Positions 40,801 to 52,805 of a stretch of 64,000 nucleotides of DNA are shown here, piece after piece (position 1 is the stretch's first letter; every line of letters begins with the position of its first letter). The DNA lies in the NCBI GenBank assembly GCA_965235115.1, contig OZ249436.1, positions 21,764,001 through 21,828,000 on the forward strand, written 5' to 3'. Under the pieces are notes generated by a model. The model did not search any database. It had not been told where the DNA came from and saw only the letters and a program-made list of their open reading frames with translations. Source of the stretch: Laetmonice hystrix (lineage: Eukaryota). The position numbers were made by a program, and so were the translations under genes.

Positions 40801-43800
40801 CCTGCAACCAAGTTTAGGAAATTCTGGATTTAGTAGAACACAGTAGGATCTTAGAACATTGTGAATGTATACATTTAAAACCTATTCTTTAATATATATA
40901 TTGAATATATCTGACAATATTTAAAAAAAAGAAGATTTAAATCTACATCTACATACATACAATGTATACCAAATAACCTTTACTACCTTTATTTACGTAT
41001 GTAATAGTAGAAAATATGCTATTAATTCTTTTGGAATAATATCATTTAGAACATAGTATAGTTTTAATTCACTTGGCCCCAAAACAGAGAAAAAATTCAA
41101 GCATTTTATAGTTGGACCCTTACATCAATGAGTTCATCAACATCTTGGACATCACCAGGCACATCAGAAAGAGCATTGAATATTTGGGCAGAGTTATCGA
41201 GGGTCTTCAGTTCTGCCTCCTGTACCAGCATGAGCAATAACATTATGTTAATTAAATGGCAACAATATCGTTTACACAAAGAGAAGTATGTGTGCATCAT
41301 ATCAAATGTAAAAGTTATTGACAAGTCAAACAAACAAAGGTACATTCAAACAGGAAAGAAACTCTGCACATGTAGGACTCCCTGGCGGGTTGTGCATAGG
41401 TATTTCAAGTAATTTTAAATGGGAGTGCATGGATGTGACCTAGATGTCATCTTTTCATGGCATTTTAGTGGGTAAAACAAATTAGTAGCAGTGCCAGGAG
41501 TAGCCTAGATGTACAACACAAACAATATTCATTTATATAGTTGAATTATTGATGGCCTGCAAACAACTTAGTTACAGGTTCAATATGTCCTCTTGCTGAC
41601 AATTTACCAAAAGGCATTATTACATAGAAGTGGTATTCTAGTAAGCGTGTTCAGGACACAGCCCCCATCTGCCTGCCACTCAATCAACTGATCCTGACCT
41701 AGTTATCAGCCAAAATTGGATAGAAAAACTAAACATGTGCCACTCACACTAAAGGCTAGCTAGATTGGATGAATACTGAATGGCATTCATAACTGAATGT
41801 CCAATTTCATCTCCGACTGCCTGACAGTAAAGTGGCATCCCACTGACATTCCTCCTACCTTGGGTGGTTCTAAAATTGACAGAATAATACAGCCACGTCT
41901 ACTCCATTGTGTAGAGAGGTCAAGAATGGATCAATACATATCTACACTGACTGATCAACCTGCTCAATGGCAACAGCTGTACAAACACACTACCAAACCT
42001 CACAATTCATTTCAGGATTTAACAAAAGAAACTTATTTATCAGTCTGAAGGCTTCGATCTGTTTTGCATTCTTAAGAAAACATTCGTTCAGACTCATTCT
42101 TTGGAATAGAAATAAACATTTTTGACGCTACCAAAAATATGACAAACATTTTGGATCCTACCAATCATAACATAAACTTTCATTCGAACCAAAAACACCT
42201 GTTTAAGAGAACTGATTGGTTTTATACCCAAAGAACCAGTAACCAGTTTTTGTGTTCTGATGTACAAACACTGAACATGGTGTTTGTTAAGTCTTAGTTA
42301 CTATCTGAAGTGTATCTGTTATCTTTGATCAATGACCTCCAGCTCCTCTCATACTTCTTAAACTCTTACGTTGCCCACCAGTAGAGTTTTAGTTCTTGAC
42401 CTCCTCCCCTCCCGTGGGCATCAGGGGGTAAGAATGATTCTTCCTGGTGTTGGGAAGTACTGAGAGGTTGGACTGCAGAATATCTACATGGCACAGGTGG
42501 ATTTTGATTTTTCAGTCAAGTCAAGTCAATAACATACCCTGCAACTGGGTCATTCAACGCTTTGGTCCCACTCGCACTGTGTCTGTGTGAAGGGGAAAGA
42601 ACCTGTGGCACCATTTTCTATTGACTCCCAGAGGCGGATTTCTTTCTCACTTCCTCCTCCTCATCACCTCCCTGGGACTTGGGGTGTAATATTAATAGGT
42701 TCAATGACTTTGAAAGTTTTTGATTTACTGCAGACAGGGCATGAAACCCCAATTTCACGCACTTCCCCACACTGGTGACTGGTGTTAGGGTTTCTCAGGA
42801 CAGGACAAGTGTAGCTTTCCACATACACGTAGTCCTCTATGCTACCTCTGCTACTTAAACCAACTACTTAATGAAACATTATGATTTATTAGACATATAA
42901 CGTGACAAAACAAATTTCAATCCTAAGACATTTTCAGGTCTACAGTAGAACCTTATTTTTTTCACTACTGAAACTGAAAACTACATATCTTGACCTGCCG
43001 ACAGTATGTCGAGCAATGCATTCTCCCACAGGACAATATATCTGCTTATTTCACGGAACTGTATAGTTTTAATGTGGTGAAACTGTTTCTGACTTTAATG
43101 TCCTACTCAGCACCACATTCACTAATCTGGGTTTTATAAGGATTACCCTGGTAGCAATGGCTTTATGTACACTATCAAATACTGGCAGGCCTTGCCGTTT
43201 GACGGGCACGATTGCGCTTGTGCCCCTAAGCGCCCGCAAAATCTGTTTCAGAAGCGCTGTTTATCGCGCCCCTCAACTTCACTGACTGATGTGAACCCTC
43301 AGTAATGTCTGAGTCAACCTCATAAACGCTCTCTGTCTCCTCTTTGTCCCCCAGTCATTTATGAGTCAATCATTTCCTAGACGGCTCCCAGGACCTCTTT
43401 AGCCTATGCCAAACCTTATTAAACTACCCTGAGTTTACCTGAAAAAATACCCAAACGTGGGACAGGAACGATTTCTAGGGGAGTGATTTAGCTCTCCTCG
43501 GATAACCAAGGGGAGTGATGGATGGCTCCCGTAAAGATTTCAAATGGCAAGCACTGTACCGCCTCCCGGTATGTTTAATGTTCAACTGCCTCAAGAAGAA
43601 ATTTATAGCAACTTAGAGACTAGCTGAAAGAGAAAGCAGGGGTGTATTTCACTAACGAAAGACGTCGTTAGCAAGCTGCAAAGACGTCTTTGGAAAGATG
43701 TCTTTGGGAGGCCAATGTTAAAGAATAGATGGTTAGTGAAACAACTGTCGCGCAAAGACCTCTTTGGCCTCAGTGACCATTTCATTCAAAGATGTCTTTC

Positions 43801-46800
43801 GGGCTTCGTGAAATGCACCGCAGATGATAGATTCCTTACTTAACTTAATGCACATCACTGTCAGTGTGCTCTAATGTGTCCTAATCCTGCAAATGCCAAG
43901 TCTTATAGCAGTATCAGCAAAATGTTGTAGGTCACATTCATCAATCTATTTTTTGGTGAAATGGCCCAAGTAAATCTAAGAAAAAGGTACCAAGATATAT
44001 TTTTTGGAAACTACTACTGACCTTCATTTTCATCATGCCAATGGTGATCTGGAAGAGGACCACAGAACCCTCATAGAAGAAGAGGTCCCAGATTCTGAGC
44101 AAGACTTTCATGTGAACGACGCTGGCAAATGCCGTCAGGAACCAGTGTAGACTGATCAGGGATAATTCTGCCAGGTGGAACAGGACAGCATTTTAAGTGA
44201 AACTGAAAGCAACCTCATTTAGTTCAGGTTAGTGTAGGACAGTGAAAAAACCTTAATCCCACCTAAACCTAGAGAGCTATACTTACCTATGTCATGTTCT
44301 TTTAACACATGGTCAGTCTCTGGTAGGTATGTCACAACAAACTGTCGAAGTACTCTCTGGTCAGCCTGTAACACAACCAATACAGTTACTTCACTGCTGT
44401 TTATGAAATAGACCCAATGTACATTAATATATACCTGCTTGGGCCACACAAATTTTTTTACCGGTTTCTGGTCTGAAGCAGCGCATCAGTGTTTTTTTCT
44501 TGCCCTCATTTTTTTCCATTAAGATTGCAATGGGAGTCTATTGTATTCAAAACAAGGACAGCCAAGGTTGTGGTCCTTTTTTATGGGTTCAACAAAACCG
44601 TGTCATCGCACCACTTTTGAAATGTTTTCCATACCAGAAACCGAGATATTTTTTGTTGCCCTATGTCGAAATAATAGAGTCATGATATCTCACATGAATT
44701 ATGAGGAGATGAACCAGATAATCACATTTATTACATTTACTAGCATTTACATTTACTAACACAACAATGTGGGTAATGTTGCACTGATTAGGGATTGCCC
44801 ATTAAATTTAAAACACCTTTTTCCTATCTAGACTCATAGTCATAGCTTATAACAACATCTAAACACATAGTATATAAGCAAAAAAGTCAGCTCCTACCCA
44901 CTTGCAGTTAGTAAAGATATCTTACCTGGACACCTATCAGGGTGCTGGAATAATAGGAGGCAGGCAAAAGGTCCTCAATGATAGCACACATCATCCAGAA
45001 GGATTCTTCTTCTTCCAGGAACAGTAGCAGAGATGCTGCAATCTGTAACATTGACATTGTAAAAACTGTACTTGCTGCACCTGAATGACTCCTTCAATAA
45101 TGTGTAGAAACCATGGCTACTTAATTGTAGGTAACATGGGCTAGCTTATAGAAAATGGGAGAGGTATATGTATTCATGTATACTTTATGTTAAGTAAGTA
45201 CTGCTTACAGAAATCCTGCACTGGCAGCTCGTAAAAGATACTGGTGAAACAAAGCTGAGAAGACACACCATGTTACATCAATGTATTTACTGTACATACC
45301 ATGCCAGTCCCTTGGCAGTATCCTATGTCAGGGTAAAGCCAAGCAAGCCCACGTAACACACGTCTCAACCGTGGAATTCCAGTACTGTTGATGTTGCAGA
45401 AACATGCATTGCTTGGCATTGTCCGTAGTAGATCCTGACACAGGGAAAAATAGTGAGCTTTATTTGAGCATATGTAGTAAGTAGACTAAAATTGAAAATA
45501 TATGAAAGCCTAATCAGCAAACTGGCAGAAATATTTTATATCAATGGTTTGAAGGGTTGCGCAGTGGGCACATGGAGGGCGAGTAACTCTTCACCTGGGC
45601 CTGGTTTTTTTGTTTACTAAAGTTCCACCGTGAGCAAGGGTGAGCTGAGCTGAGCAAGGGTGAGCATGAGCTCATGCTCACCGTTTTGCTCACTGTTTTC
45701 GTTTTTTGGGGCGTTTTCCGCAAGCTTGCTCATCATGAGCACGCCTCATGGAAAAAAGCAACAACAAAAACACGAAAACGGCGAGAATGAGCTCATGCTC
45801 ACCCTTGCTCAGCTCAGCTCACCCTTGCTCACCGTGGAAAAGTAAACAAAAAAACGGGCCCTGAACTCGCCTTGCTGGCTGGTTTATTTAGAGCAGGGCT
45901 AGTTAAATTTCTACTGAAATAGCCCTGCAGGATAGTAGGTGATTTCCCCCTGCTTTTTACAGATGTGTACCTTTTCTATTTGTTTTGAAGTCATGAGAAG
46001 GTCATTAGAGCTAGCCTTCACAATATCCTTGTAAGTTGTCTCAGATTTTTGTTTTTTTTCTAGTGCACCAGACACACGCATCCACAGCTGGGCCCTCAGA
46101 GAGTGGGGAATACCTGCCCGAACCATGCCCCGTAACTTCTCTGACCGCGGCAGACGAGACTCAACCTGTTCCAAGGAAAATATATCATGAGTCTAACTGT
46201 CAACTCGGGCCTCACCTCAATCTAACAAAAGTCACTTCATGTGCACTTGAGTATCAACCAAACTATAACTGTTGCCTAACTGCCAACATTTGGTCAACTG
46301 AATGAAGAATCATCAAAGCATCAAAGAGAACGACATTCCGTTTTATAAATTATTCCCGTCTTATCAATCTCTTTCCTTTCCCTTTTCTCTCTCCTTTCCT
46401 GACCAATCTTACAGGTTTTCTTGAACAAACAGCATGGCAGCATCAACGACCTTTTGCTCATGAAATTGTGCTTTGGATTGGAAAATGTTACATCCATTTG
46501 GGGTGAATGTACACTAATTTTGTATACTGTGTAATATTTTGGGAGGAATTCAGAATGTGGAATACATCATCAAGTGCGGAAAGATTCTGCAGAATTATAT
46601 GCAGAACGGTTGGCAGACCTCTATGCTGTTGCTACTTCAACTTGAATTAAGGAATTTATGAGCAAAACCTACCTTGTCCCATGTGAGGTCACCAACCTCA
46701 TTGTTGTGTGTAAATTCAAGATATGCTGTCCACTTTAACCGATGCTGCGGTTCCTCCATGAATGGAGTGCTAAGTAACTTACTGGAATTCTCCTCTGGGC

Positions 46801-49800
46801 CATCTTAAAACACATGGCAAAGATATTAAATATGATTCTTGATATAATACATGTACTTTCAAAAAGCAATAAACAATCCATGTGGTAAATGTGGAATCTG
46901 AAACAATGAAACAATATACATGTACATTTTGTATTTCTCTTTCTTGCAGGTCCCACCAGTTTTAATTTAAATAGTTGCCTAGTATCACTAAATGCACACA
47001 CCTACCTAGAAGAGACCTTAAAAGTCAATTTACTGCACTTACCTTCCTCCTCTACCTTAAAGCCAAACTCATCATATCGATAGTCAAGCTGGCCTGATGC
47101 ATCCTCCGGCTGAAACAGAAGACATTTGGACTTACAATTTATCTTTGCTTCAATTCCAAAGCTTAGCTACTAACAGATCAGGGGCCCGAAAACAACGACC
47201 TAGCAACCCATTCACTTAGATCTACGTTAAATTAACGACATCGTTATTATCGACTCTTTAGTAAATCGGGGCCCAGGGCATTAATTTCCAGTCTTATATT
47301 CTGCTGGCTCTATAGTACTGCCACTAGATATTATATACAACTGAGTTGGCTGCATTATGGTCTGCCAAAGTCATTAATTGTTTCAAAAATTCATGGTAAT
47401 ATCAAAGGTGCAAGTAAAATTCACATGTATAGTAGGCACTGCTTTAAGAGTAGCCTTGCGCTATAAAGTGCTCACTGGATTTGAAAGCCTTGACAATATA
47501 TCCTGGGGCCACATGGAAGGGGTGAGAGCTGAGAATGGCCCTCCCGGGGTAGGAATGAAGTCTGAGCCTGCTGTAGAGTACTGGGGTGTGGCAGAGACAC
47601 TGACACCCTCCCCCGACACGCTGCTGACATCATCGTCTTCATCCTCAGACAACGTCTCAGCTGAAGCACAAAAACATAATCAAACATTTCACTGCTTCAT
47701 TAACCCTTTCAATGAAAGAGTTACCAACATTCTTGCCAAAGTCGCTAGCCTCTTATCGATAAGAGTAGAGCCTTCGCCCATTGTGCAGTTTTCTCCTGTA
47801 TCATCTCATCTTATCATCATTGTTGACATCAGGCAGAAAATAAAGAAGAAAAATTCATTGTTCACTTCCTGAAGCCAAAATTTGGCAATGGTAACTTTCA
47901 TAGTGGCAAACATGTGACAGATTAGGCTAATAGCAATGGCCATGCATCTCCTTGCCTAGCAGACGCCTGGTGCCATCCGGTGTGGTCACATCCCTGTGAG
48001 TAGTGTATATTTCGCTGGCAAGGGCTAAATAAGAATATTTTAGTTTGACTAATTACCGAATACAAACAAATTGCTTGGGTTAGGGTTAGGGTCAGGCCTA
48101 TGGTTAGTTCTATTTTTGTCTCAAATTTGGTGTTAATTAGACCATGTGTTAATTGGATAGTCAGCTCTTTCTCCATGTTCATAGAGCATTATTCAATATC
48201 TATGGCCTATGGCTATGGCAATAGGATTGAAGCTTACCGTAATCTTCCGTGTACAAGCCGCGGCCATGTATAAGCCGCACCCCCGTTTTTAGAGCAAAAG
48301 TCAGAGAAAAAAAAAATCACGTTTCTGACGCCAGTCGTAGCAAAGTTGGGCCCCAACCATCAACCCTACAGGCTGAGACGTGTATCAGCTAGGTGTTTCA
48401 CCAGCTTGGCCATAGTGTGAAAAGTCGTTGGCCAGACGCCGGTGCCACCATCACCTCCCATTGTTAAATGGGCCGTTGCTTTCACGGGGCATTGAAAACA
48501 ATAGGACCCACTTTTATTTTGGGAATCCATCTCACTGTCTTAGTCAGCAAAGAGTCACACGTAAAACAATGAGTATTAAGGTTGTGGGTATAAAGCAGGC
48601 CAGTTCCCATCAGAAATGCCTGTCCTTTGTCCCATTCAAATGATGATCTTGCCCAGAATCTTTCTCTGTCTATATCTCTCTCTATATGTTTCTTTAAATC
48701 TATAACTCTCTATATAACATTAATACTTTATTCGCAATACCACCACTAGGGGTGTAATAATAGCGTTGGTGGCGCCACCTAGGGATGACTTGGTCTCCAC
48801 ATAGACGTAGACGCTTGTGGCCATGTATAAGCCGCACCCCTGATTTATGATTAATTTGAGGAGGAAAAAAGTGCGGCTTATACATGGAAGATTACGGTAG
48901 TTGTCACATGCCGGCAAAATATACACTGCCTAGGGCTAGGCTAATGTTTAGGTAGATAAAATCTAATTAATTAAAACTGCCATCAAATAGACCGTTTGCC
49001 GTTGCGGGTTGTATGCTGCCTTGTTTTGAAACTCGGTGCAAGCGCCTGCTTGACGACCATGGTTCGCCATAGTTAACCTACGGACAATCACTTGAGAGAG
49101 CTGATTTTGAACTGCTCACAAAACCTTGCAAAATAGAATATTTCGAAACTTGGACCGGCCCCCGACTACGATTATCCCTCCAAGAACGAGGTGTGACTAT
49201 TTCTGGGTACAATAAAGCGTCACTGGAGTGGTAGAGTTATCAAGGTGTGTTTCGGACCTCGAACTGCCGATCGACAGCAGTTGGCTGACATGTGTATACG
49301 GGCCAGCTGACTGGCCTCTGGCGGGGGTCAAGCGCCGCGGGTGGCCGGGGCGCTTGTTTAGGTGCAAGGGGTAGCCGTTCACCAGGAGCTTTTCGTTTGC
49401 GGGATGCCATCATGACCAAAACAAATTAATTATTAGTTTATTAATTTAAAATGTATTTTTATTGACGCATGAACCAACTGTTGATTTCTCAATTTTATAT
49501 TCGTCAGTATTTTTTTTACATTTAAGGGGAGATATTTTACATAGCCTTGCTATATACGGGTAAAAATCAATTTTACATAGCCTATACTATAGGCAGAATT
49601 TTACATACTGGGAGAACGAATATTTTTTACATACGGGCAGAATTTTTACACATTGCCAGAGTTTTATACGGGCAAATATTTTTTGGGGCCTAATATGGTA
49701 GTTTTCCACATGTACAGGGAATTTTACATATCGCCTACAAGGTCTATATGGGTTGTACAGCCCACCGCTCTTTCGGACGGGTCCCGAGAAGGTAAAAAAA

Positions 49801-51073
49801 AACCTGACATCATCCATTTACTGTTTCCTGCCCCATATCTACTGTGACTTGCACATGTTCCATACCAACAGTGCTTGTTACATGGCATTAATGGTCAGTA
49901 TCAAATTTTTTTCGACTGTCAGGTGTCTCGATGTTGCTAACATCGCTCAAGTCAAAGTTCCGACCGTTCAACTTTACACCACGATTAAAACTTATTTCTG
50001 CCTGTTACCGAGATTCCAACTTACTGTATCATGTCACTCCCATTGTTTTATTAATCTGGCCACCCCGAACCGCTCATATTGACACAGAGAAACTCAAAAT
50101 CCCAGATTTCCTCAATACCTCTTTCTTTATTGTTCGCTATTGCCCAAGCGCTAGCAACGCGGTGCGCTTGCACCGACTTTGGCGTCACTAGGGAGCTTGA
50201 CCAAGTGTTAAATGATGATACTTGCTAGATTGTACTTGTAAAGCCCACCGCAGACGACGAACATTTGCTCGCGAACATTTTGTTCCCGAACAAAAATCCG
50301 CTCATGTGCGGTGATCAAAACGCCGAGCAAACAATTGTTCGTCGGTATTCAGCATGTTTAATATTTCCGAACAAATCTTCGTCATCTGCGGTAAACCACG
50401 AATTTTTTTTAAACATCTGCATGACGAGCACCTACGAACAATTGTTCGCAAACATTATTAATGTTTGTCATTTTGTCCGAGCAGATTTTTGTTCGTGAAC
50501 AAATGTTCGTCGTCTGTGGCGGCCTTAATAGGACACTCAAATTCTCAGTACAACTTCGGCATTGTGACGTCACATACCTAAGTCCCAACACAATCAAGCA
50601 ACACTGTAAATAGTGTAGGCGTAATAGTTAGGAGGTGGGGGGGGGGGGGGCAGGTTCTGCATGACTGTGTTTGGTCTCTCCGGACTGGACTAAAGACAAA
50701 TGCGATGGTTAGTGACTCGGAAACAAAAATCTTTTTTCGGCCTCGGCAAAGACGCGCAGCACATGTGCGAATTTTCGGGTTACCTTCGTGCATTAGGTGA
50801 ACCATAGAACCACTTACAAGCACCATATTGATCAGTTGGCAACAACTCTGCTGGAGGCCGACTGTGGCCGTGGCCGTGGGTCTCCTTGACTTGAGTTGAG
50901 ACAGACTTTTCCCATTCATGAACATGAATTAATCAGATTATTGATCTAGTGTACTGCAATTTTTGCCAAGATAATCTAAGCGAAGTACTCCGCTCTTATT
51001 CCGTACCGTGTATTCTTTTGGAGCTGTATCCATCTGCCGCCCGACCCCCAAACACTGTTCTTGCGAGGTCCAT
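25865..51073 (-). CDS. SGSM3: Small G protein signaling modulator 3 (TBC-SH3-RUN), 804 aa. Exons: 51007-51073, 47476-47660, 47043-47109, 46673-46803, 45971-46165, 45300-45434, 44926-45042, 44287-44365, 44022-44167, 41124-41219, 40515-40646, 40136-40324, 37761-37916, 37126-37289, 36717-36810, 36427-36497, 30355-30403, 29703-29788, 29333-29455, 25865-25997
   Basis: Hallmark motifs [26 protein letters not shown] (TBC Arg finger), [10 protein letters not shown]3 [23 protein letters not shown] and C-terminal [16 protein letters not shown]. All junctions are GT-AG and phases sum to 2415 nt. Exon 1 ([22 protein letters not shown]) is assigned mainly by phase match and is less certain. Confidence 0.96.
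29860..30100. repeat. 87-bp AT-rich tandem repeat, ~2.7 copies, in an SGSM3 intron
   Basis: GTAAC(GT/AG)AATTTGTT at 29892, 29979 and 30066. Confidence 0.85.
31312..31548. mobile_element. PIF/Harbinger-type MITE
   Basis: TAA|AGGCCAACACACACACTGCGA ... TCGCAGTGTGTGTGTTGGCCT|TAA. Confidence 0.85.
32249..32513. mobile_element. CAGGGGCGGATCC MITE with 5-bp TSD
   Basis: AAATC|CAGGGGCGGATCC ... GGATCCGCCCCTG|AAATC. Confidence 0.8.
33333..33734. mobile_element. Tc1/mariner-pogo-type MITE with internal inverted repeats
   Basis: TA|CCGTTGAC ... GTCAACGG|TA; internal arms GATACGGTTCGTGACAC / GTGTCACGAACCGTATC. Confidence 0.75.
38836..39170. mobile_element. Kolobok-type MITE
   Basis: TTAA|AGGGACTCCGTCAATT ... 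AATTGACGGGGCCCCT|TTAA. Confidence 0.8.
43186..43556. mobile_element. CAG-ended MITE
   Basis: CAGGCCTTGCCGTTTGA ... TCAAATGGCAAGCACTG; TSD degenerate. Confidence 0.55.
43640..43820. mobile_element. Harbinger-like MITE
   Basis: CAG|GGGTGTATTTCAC ... GTGAAATGCACCG|CAG with internal AAAGACGTCTTT repeats. Confidence 0.55.
45598..45860. mobile_element. Harbinger-type hairpin MITE with CTG TSD, nested in another repeat
   Basis: CTG|GGCC ... GGCC|CTG with ~100-bp inverted arms (GTGAGCAAGGGTGAGCTGAGC). The empty homologous site is visible at 1553-1555. Confidence 0.9.
48237..48897. mobile_element. pogo/Tigger-type non-autonomous element
   Basis: TA|CCGTAATCTTCCGTGTACAAGCCGC ... GCGGCTTATACATGGAAGATTACGG|TA; subterminal TATAAGCCGCACCCC repeats. 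Confidence 0.85.
50242..50525. mobile_element. PIF/Harbinger-type MITE
   Basis: TAA|AGCCCACCGCAGACGACGAACATTTG ... CAAATGTTCGTCGTCTGTGGCGGCCT|TAA. Confidence 0.85.
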
Positions 51074-51374
51074 TTTACCAGTTGACTCCGTTCACGGCTT
51101 CATCTACCAACCTAGGCTAAATCGTTCATTTATCGCCCATGAACTACGAATATGCAAATGTAGTTTGGACCGCGTTACCGTGATTACTTCACTGCGCTAA
51201 AAGGAGTATTGTGGTTAAAGTGGAACCTCTAACAGTAATTTATGATATTCTGACATGCATAGCAGTCTATAGGATTCATTAGTGATTAATAATTGCAACA
51301 TCGTGCGATAAACGGCAACACAGTGTCGTCTTATGAAAGAACTATCTTTATCGGACCGAAGTACTCCTCCAGGT

Positions 51375-51440
51375 TGTTGACGTCAACAACTGCGAGCCCC
51401 AACCATGTGCATGATAGCCTAATGCCACGCCCCCGCACTG
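51375..51440 (-). promoter_or_regulatory. Candidate SGSM3 promoter motifs
   Basis: Palindrome GTTGTTGACGTCAACAAC (CRE core) and GCCACGCCCC (SP/KLF) ~300-360 bp upstream of the proposed ATG. Confidence 0.4.
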
Positions 51441-51954
51441 GGCCCTGAGGCTGAGCCAAGATTATAACACCAAAACGACGCGCGAATCTTCAAGTCATAT
51501 TCTGACTTCTGATATAGGCCTAGATCTATTTGATAACGCATAGTCACCAGTGGCGAAGGAAGGGGGGCATGCCCCCTAAAAATAGGGGGGGAGAGATTTT
51601 TTTTTTATGATTAGGTGAGTTGGTTCCCGGCTCCCTCGCTAGGTGGCTCTGAGGTCGACGCGATAGGCATCTCCCCCCCCCCTTCCCCACCCCCACCCCC
51701 CGCCCGTCCCAGGTTTTAAGCCAGGGGGTTTCCGGGTTGCCTGGAACCAATCCCCCCCCCCCATTAATAGATAATGAAATAACTGAATAAATGAAGGAGT
51801 AATATTTTATGGTTGGACAAGATAATTTATGTAAGCTAATTTCTTCAAAATTTAAGCAGAAAGCTGGCATGCAAGAACAGAGTCTATAGCATGCATACAG
51901 TAGCATATGCATATAGAGTAGCCTATAGCCTAGGCCTATATAATTTGTCTTATA

Positions 51955-52805
51955 TAAGACAAATCCATAAATCCCCTGAAATGCAGGTCCAACGCACCTG
52001 CTATCGCTTTCTTTACAATCATATCCCTAATAACCTTATACTAGGCAGGGCCGTAGGCCCTACACCCCCCCCCCCCCCCCCCCCCCCCCGGGGGGGCAGG
52101 GGGGACTTAGGCCCCTCCCCCCAATATTTGCAGTGGTGATAATTAGCCTAATTTACTAGGGAGAAACTCAGACCACTCTCTGCACTCTGCCTGTATAGCC
52201 CCCCCCCCCCTCAATAATTCAATGGAAATTATCTACATTCTGCTTAGAGATCTATAGGTCGAGACCCCTTTCGCAATTGCTATACCAAGCTCTGCGTATT
52301 GCTTTGTAGGCCTAGCCTATAATGAAACGTTGTTGTTATCGACTTTTTTGCGCACCCCCTGCACCGATTCGCCACTGCTATTAGGGAAGGAGGTGTAATT
52401 TCGGAGTCGTCTATAATGTCTTCTATATTGTCTAATTCAAGCTACCGATGCCGGTGTGAAAGACAAATCCATAAATCCCCTGAAATGCAGGTCCAACGCA
52501 CCTGCTATCCCTGAACTAGCTTTCTTTACAATCATATTCCTTATAACCTTATAGGCAGGGTCGTAGGCCCTACAATCCCCCCCCGGGGGGGGGGGCAGGG
52601 GGGACTTAGGCCCCTCCCCCAATATTTGCAGTGGTGATAATTAGCCTAATTTACTAGGGAGAAACTTAGACCACTCTCAGCACTCTGTTTGCCTGTATAA
52701 CCCCCCTCAATAATTCAATGGAAATTATCTATAGCCCCCTCAATAATTCAATGGAAATTACAGGCCTGCTTATAGGTCAAGACCCCTTTCGCACTTGCTA
52801 TACCA
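51955..52805 (+). repeat. Diverged direct repeat (~51955-52285 and ~52460-52805) of a dispersed repeat family
   Basis: AGACAAATCCATAAATCCCCTGAAATGCAGGTCCAACGCACC occurs twice; CCCCTCAATAATTCAATGGAAATT is also seen at ~15560 and ~17280. Confidence 0.8.

Noticed and set aside
47725..47868. Candidate SGSM3 first coding exon ([19 protein letters not shown])
   Set aside because: Its phase-0 donor is incompatible with the phase-1 acceptor at 47660, and the compatible frame has a stop and no ATG.
47378..47872. 164-aa plus-strand ORF
   Set aside because: Antisense shadow of SGSM3 exon 2.
48077..48092. TTAGGG telomere-like repeats
   Set aside because: Only about 2.5 units within an intron; not a telomeric array.
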